Origin: a virus
Virus record (IMG/VR): IMGVR_UViG_3300035670_000106
Location: 26,096 to 90,095 of that record
Length of the DNA: 64,000 nucleotides
Reading direction: 5' to 3' (one strand)
The notes under the pieces are model-generated. The model saw only the letters and a list, made by a program, of their open reading frames with translations, did not search any database and was not told the DNA's origin. Positions 60,802 through 64,000 of the stretch are shown here, piece by piece. The first letter of the stretch is position 1; the number at the start of each line of letters is the position of its first letter. The position numbers and the translations under genes are program-made.

Positions 60802-60893
60802 TGGTACTCCTGCCCGGACTCGAACCGAGATTAACCAATTATCTGTTGCATACGGGATATAAATCCGCTGTTTTACCATTAAACTACAGGAGC
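60802..60893 (-). tRNA. tRNA-Ile (TAT) with long variable region
   Basis: GCTCCTG/CAGGAGT acceptor, GCGGA-TT-TAT-AT-CCCGT, about 22-nt variable region, TTCGA, CCA end. Confidence 0.75.
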
Positions 60894-60900
60894 AATTATT

Positions 60901-60983
60901 TGGTACCCCGGGCCAGAGTCGAACTGGCACGCCATAAGCGGGAGATTTTAAGTCTCCTGTGTCTACCATTCCACCACCGGGGC
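60901..60983 (-). tRNA. tRNA-Leu (TAA)
   Basis: GGAGA-CT-TAA-AA-TCTCC, variable arm, CCA end. Confidence 0.92.
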
Positions 60984-61011
60984 ATTACGCTTATTACTAC
61001 TTAAATTGAAT

Positions 61012-61089
61012 TGGTACCCTCGGTCGGAGTCGAACCGACACTGTACGGCTTCTAAGACCGTCATCTCTACCAGATTGGATTACGAGGGC
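61012..61089 (-). tRNA. tRNA-Leu (TAG), short variable loop
   Basis: ACGGT-CT-TAG-AA-GCCGT, CCA end. Confidence 0.85.
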
Positions 61090-61298
61090 ATTTACAGTAA
61101 TGTTATCTATTTATGGGTAGTAATAACCCTACTACCGTTTGCTAAATGAAGTCGCTTATTGAAGATTGTAGTATGCGCGCTCTACAATCAGTTTCGCCGT
61201 CACTTCGTCCTTATTTACGCATCTTCCTAGGTATGGTAACATCGAACAGCATTAGGCTGGTGGACACAGCCTTTTTCATAAATAACATTACTGTAAAT
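61090..61298 (-). ncRNA. Structured ncRNA domain closed by a 17-bp perfect stem
   Basis: ATTTACAGTAATGTTAT/ATAACATTACTGTAAAT plus internal hairpins AGGCTG/CAGCCT, GATTGTAG/CTACAATC, GGTAGTA/TACTACC. Confidence 0.55.
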
Positions 61299-61369
61299 TC
61301 GGTTCCGAGAACTTTGTTCCTGCTAGCAGGCATCTCTCCTATATCGGGACATACACCGAAAGGTCTGTC

Positions 61370-61472
61370 ATGGTTTACAGTTGAGCATAGTATCTACAAA
61401 GATTATTTGATAGTTATTTAGACCTATTCGCTCAACCGTTTCGTCGGATTTTCATCGACTCATCAGAACCAT
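61370..61472 (-). ncRNA. Type I hammerhead ribozyme
   Basis: Stem I AUGGUU/AACCAU, CUGAUGA, stem II GUCG/CGAC, GAAA, stem III CGGUUGAGC/GCUCAACUG, GUA cleavage triplet. Confidence 0.88.
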
Positions 61473-61491
61473 TCCTCACTGTATAAATAAT

Positions 61492-61520
61492 ATTATACAG
61501 GGTTTCACTAACATAATCAA
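61492..61520 (-). promoter_or_regulatory. sigma70 promoter driving hammerhead / ncRNA / tRNA transcript
   Basis: TTGATT-17-TATAAT with palindromic -10 region. Confidence 0.8.
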
Positions 61521-61537
61521 GTCAGTAATTTTAAATC

Positions 61538-61628
61538 TGGCGGAAGCAGTAGGATTCGAACCTACGGGACCATTTCTGGCCCGACGGTTTTCAAGACCGT
61601 TGCAATAAACCAACTCTGCCATACTTCC
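61538..61628 (-). tRNA. tRNA-Ser (TGA)
   Basis: ACGGT-CT-TGA-AA-ACCGT, long variable arm, CCA end. Confidence 0.92.
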
Positions 61629-61629
61629 G

Positions 61630-61706
61630 TGGTGGGCCTGGAGGGACTTGAACCCCCGACCTGCCGATTATGAGTCGGACGCTCTAACCAATTGAGCTAC
61701 AGGCCC
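61630..61706 (-). tRNA. tRNA with CAT anticodon, Ile2-like (or elongator Met)
   Basis: GGGCCTG acceptor, CT-CAT-AA, CCA end. Confidence 0.88.
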
Positions 61707-61969
61707 TTGTGTTTCATAGCTTTATCTAGGGCTTTTAATACAGAGATACTAATAAGATTAGCATCTCTTTCTTTCCTTACTTTACTAATTTCTAATTCTA
61801 ATTGTTCTTTTTTGTATTCTAGAATATCTAGCTGGGAAATTAGAAATTGCTGCCTATCTTCAATACTCTTTATTTCATCTTCTGGCGTAGTATCCTGCAT
61901 CTGCTTCTTCTTCATCCAATTCCAATTCGGGGAGTGGGTTTTAGGTATACTTATTCGATTAGCTCTCAT
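61697..61969 (-). CDS. Coiled-coil hypothetical protein whose stop lies inside tRNA(CAT)
   Basis: Heptad pattern; start uncertain. Confidence 0.45.
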   Translation of the reverse strand: MRANRISIPKTHSPNWNWMKKKQMQDTTPEDEIKSIEDRQQFLISQLDILEYKKEQLELEISKVRKERDANLISISVLKALDKAMKHKGL

Positions 61970-62527
61970 AAAAACATAAGTACCTGCATTAAGTTAGTCT
62001 TTTTAATCCTAAAAGAGGGTTGCTGCAGCCTCTCTCTGTTCACTAATTTATCTCTAATAGAGATATGGGAAGCTTTTCGACAACGTCCTTTTAGATGTTT
62101 TCGTAAAAACTTTCTACTAGCTAGGGCTTTTAAAGGGTTTTTAGAGTACATTATAGAGAAGCTACCAGAAGGATAGTTAGAAGGGCTTGAATTAAGAACA
62201 TCAGTATAATAGTAGAGGCTATGTCTCTAATAGTCATGATATCTAATTTCTGTAAGAAATTTTTCCATATCTTCATATGAATGAAACTCCAAGGTTTGGA
62301 AGTCATCAGACTTCCAACTAATATATTCTTCTAAGCTTTCATCTTCTGGAAAGCATACCGTATTATCGTCCCAATAATGAATCTTTATCATATTTTACAA
62401 TATCCAAGTAGTGTTTCCCAGCATGATCGACTCTCTTTTTAGTCTTACTATGTTTAGTAGTACTATCGCTTTCTGGTTTAAACTTCTTAACTTTTTTCTG
62501 AGTTCCCATATCTTTTGGCAGAATAAA

Positions 62528-62603
62528 TGGTGGAGGATAACGGTCTCGAACCGTTCACCTACGGCTTGCAAAGCCGTCGCTCTCCCAGATGAGCTAATCC
62601 CCC
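62528..62603 (-). tRNA. tRNA-Ala (TGC)
   Basis: G3:U70 acceptor GGGGGAT/ATCCTCC, TT-TGC-AA, CCA end. Confidence 0.92.
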
Positions 62604-62616
62604 TTGTTGGTAATTT

Positions 62617-62692
<76 letters not shown>

Positions 62693-62694
62693 AT

Positions 62695-62769
62695 TGGTTG
62701 CGGGACCAGGACTCGAACCTGGAATCTCGGCTTATGAGACCGAACGGATGCCAATTTCCACATCCCGCA
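62695..62769 (-). tRNA. tRNA-Met (CAT), initiator-like acceptor stem
   Basis: TGCGGGA/TCCCGCA, CT-CAT-AA, CCA end. Confidence 0.85.
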
Positions 62770-62801
62770 ACCAATACTCCCATAAGAAGTATTGGAAATA
62801 A

Positions 62802-63071
62802 CAGACACATATTAGTACAAGCTTGTCAGGAAGGTATATACTATCAGGTGTATAAGCCTAGATATAATTTCTGTTCTTAACATCATAGAACCTTGGTATG
62901 CGAAGTCCAAGAAAATGCACTATGTCAGTAAAATAGTTGCTGTAATGTGTCTTAATGACATGTAGGACGGCATTGCACCGAACACGAGAATCTGAGTAAG
63001 AAAGGTCAGGGGCCTCTTGTATGCGAGATCATATCTGAATTGGCGGTTAAGGCTGCCTTGTCTCACTCAGA
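62802..63071 (-). ncRNA. Promoter-proximal non-coding transcript: 80-nt bulged hairpin plus third CAGCAA element
   Basis: Stem 63071-62991; TAAGACACAT-TACAGCAA...ATGTGTCTG (62954-62802); no credible ORF. Confidence 0.55.
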
Positions 63072-63077
63072 AATAAT

Positions 63078-63106
63078 ATTATAACACGATGGCTGAAGAA
63101 AATCAA
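63078..63106 (-). promoter_or_regulatory. sigma70 promoter
   Basis: TTGATT-17-TATAAT. Confidence 0.8.
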
Positions 63107-63370
63107 GTGAAAAATTTAGATCCCTATTTCTGGGTAGGAAATACTTAGCTAAACTTTTTGAATAGTGCAAAAGCGTCGTGTGAAACTTACCTTATAACAA
63201 AGGTTCCCATCCTGTCGTCAAGATAAGTATCCTTCCTAGCAGTCACTTTTTCTATTTCACATTGAACAACTTCATAACTGCAATAACTTCGTCGTACCAA
63301 AAAGCTATAACATCTTCTATTTTAGAAATATTATAGTAGTTCATTACGAAGTCAATTGCCTCGGCCTCGG

Positions 63371-63880
63371 TCATACAAACTCCCTTTTCTTTCCAGTAAA
63401 AGAAATATGTCCACCACACTTGCACACATATCCCCCTTTACTAGAGATTTTAGTATGTGTAGGAGTTGCTACCTCCATATGCTTTCCACATTCGCGGCAC
63501 ACATACTCATACCGAATTTTAATTCGTTTACTAGCAACAGAGCTAATATCATAAGTATGATACGTTGAAGGACTGTATCCAAGGGTTTGCATTACGGAAC
63601 GGAACTCCGGCCCATGATTTTGTTTACGATCAGGGTAGATCTGAAAAGTTACTAGGTGAGCAAGCTCATGAGCAATGGTATTTTTGAATACTGAGCCATT
63701 TTCTAAAGCTAGAATCTCATTGAAAGACACATAGTTACCACAGTCATACCATGCTTTACCAGCTACCTGTGACTTCTGAAACCACTCCACTTTAGGGTAA
63801 GTAGGGTCTTTAAGATTATAGGTCATCTTAATCGAGTCCCACATACGGTAAACAAATTCAAGAATGTCATCTCGGTTCAT
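63371..63880 (-). CDS. SprT-like zinc metalloprotease
   Basis: AGKA, TIAHELAHL, HGPEFRSVM, Y.CREC...Y.CKCG. Confidence 0.85.
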   Translation of the reverse strand: MNRDDILEFVYRMWDSIKMTYNLKDPTYPKVEWFQKSQVAGKAWYDCGNYVSFNEILALENGSVFKNTIAHELAHLVTFQIYPDRKQNHGPEFRSVMQTLGYSPSTYHTYDISSVASKRIKIRYEYVCRECGKHMEVATPTHTKISSKGGYVCKCGGHISFTGKKREFV

Positions 63881-63907
63881 ATTCGCTTCCCTCACTGTAT
63901 AAATAAT

Positions 63908-63936
63908 ATTATACAGTAAAAGGCTACATGAATCAA
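63908..63936 (-). promoter_or_regulatory. sigma70 promoter with palindromic -10 region
   Basis: TTGATT-17-TATAAT. Confidence 0.8.
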
Positions 63937-64000
63937 GATCAAAATTTCAATCCCAAACGTCTACATCAGAGCTAGAAATTTCGGAGGTGGGCGCGGTAAA

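Noticed and set aside
60787-61004. Short ORFs over tRNA genes (also 58658-58966, 62411-62880)
   Set aside because: Translations of tRNA sequence, not credible proteins.
61090-61472. tmRNA or RNase P RNA; also + strand ORF 61146-61421
   Set aside because: No tRNA-like ends or tag ORF and no RNase P P4 signature; the ORF is antisense to the transcribed strand.

Overview
Fragment of a T5-like (Demerecviridae-type) lytic phage genome, AT-rich, standard genetic code. The + strand (1-27.8 kb) is late/structural. It carries a J-like tail-tip protein truncated at the window edge, a 2547-aa mosaic tail fibre, a separately promoted block of putative virion proteins, an unusual membrane coiled-coil / small periplasmic binding protein / outer-membrane beta-barrel trio directly upstream of a holin-like gene and an M15 endolysin, then PhoH and a neck/tail-completion-like gene. 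After a bidirectional terminator, the - strand (27.8-64 kb) carries nucleotide metabolism (nrdAB, dCMP deaminase, LAGLIDADG-dUTPase fusion, ThyX) and the T5-order replication module (D15, D14, D13, D12, D11, D10, Pol, primase, D6, D5, split NAD ligase, D2, D3). It also has ten near-consensus sigma70 promoters and 17 tRNA genes. The family A polymerase gene is split by a group I intron with a nested endonuclease ORF. Best leads: (1) a three-copy covarying RNA motif (UAAGA-stem-UWCAGCAA...stem-UCUG), twice in the leader of a Ro60-like DUF2828/vWA gene and once in a promoter-driven non-coding transcript, suggesting a phage RNP system; (2) a complete hammerhead ribozyme at the head of a structured ncRNA/tRNA transcript; (3) the porin-PBP-membrane trio in the lysis cassette. 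All family assignments are from motif recognition and synteny by eye, not database searches.
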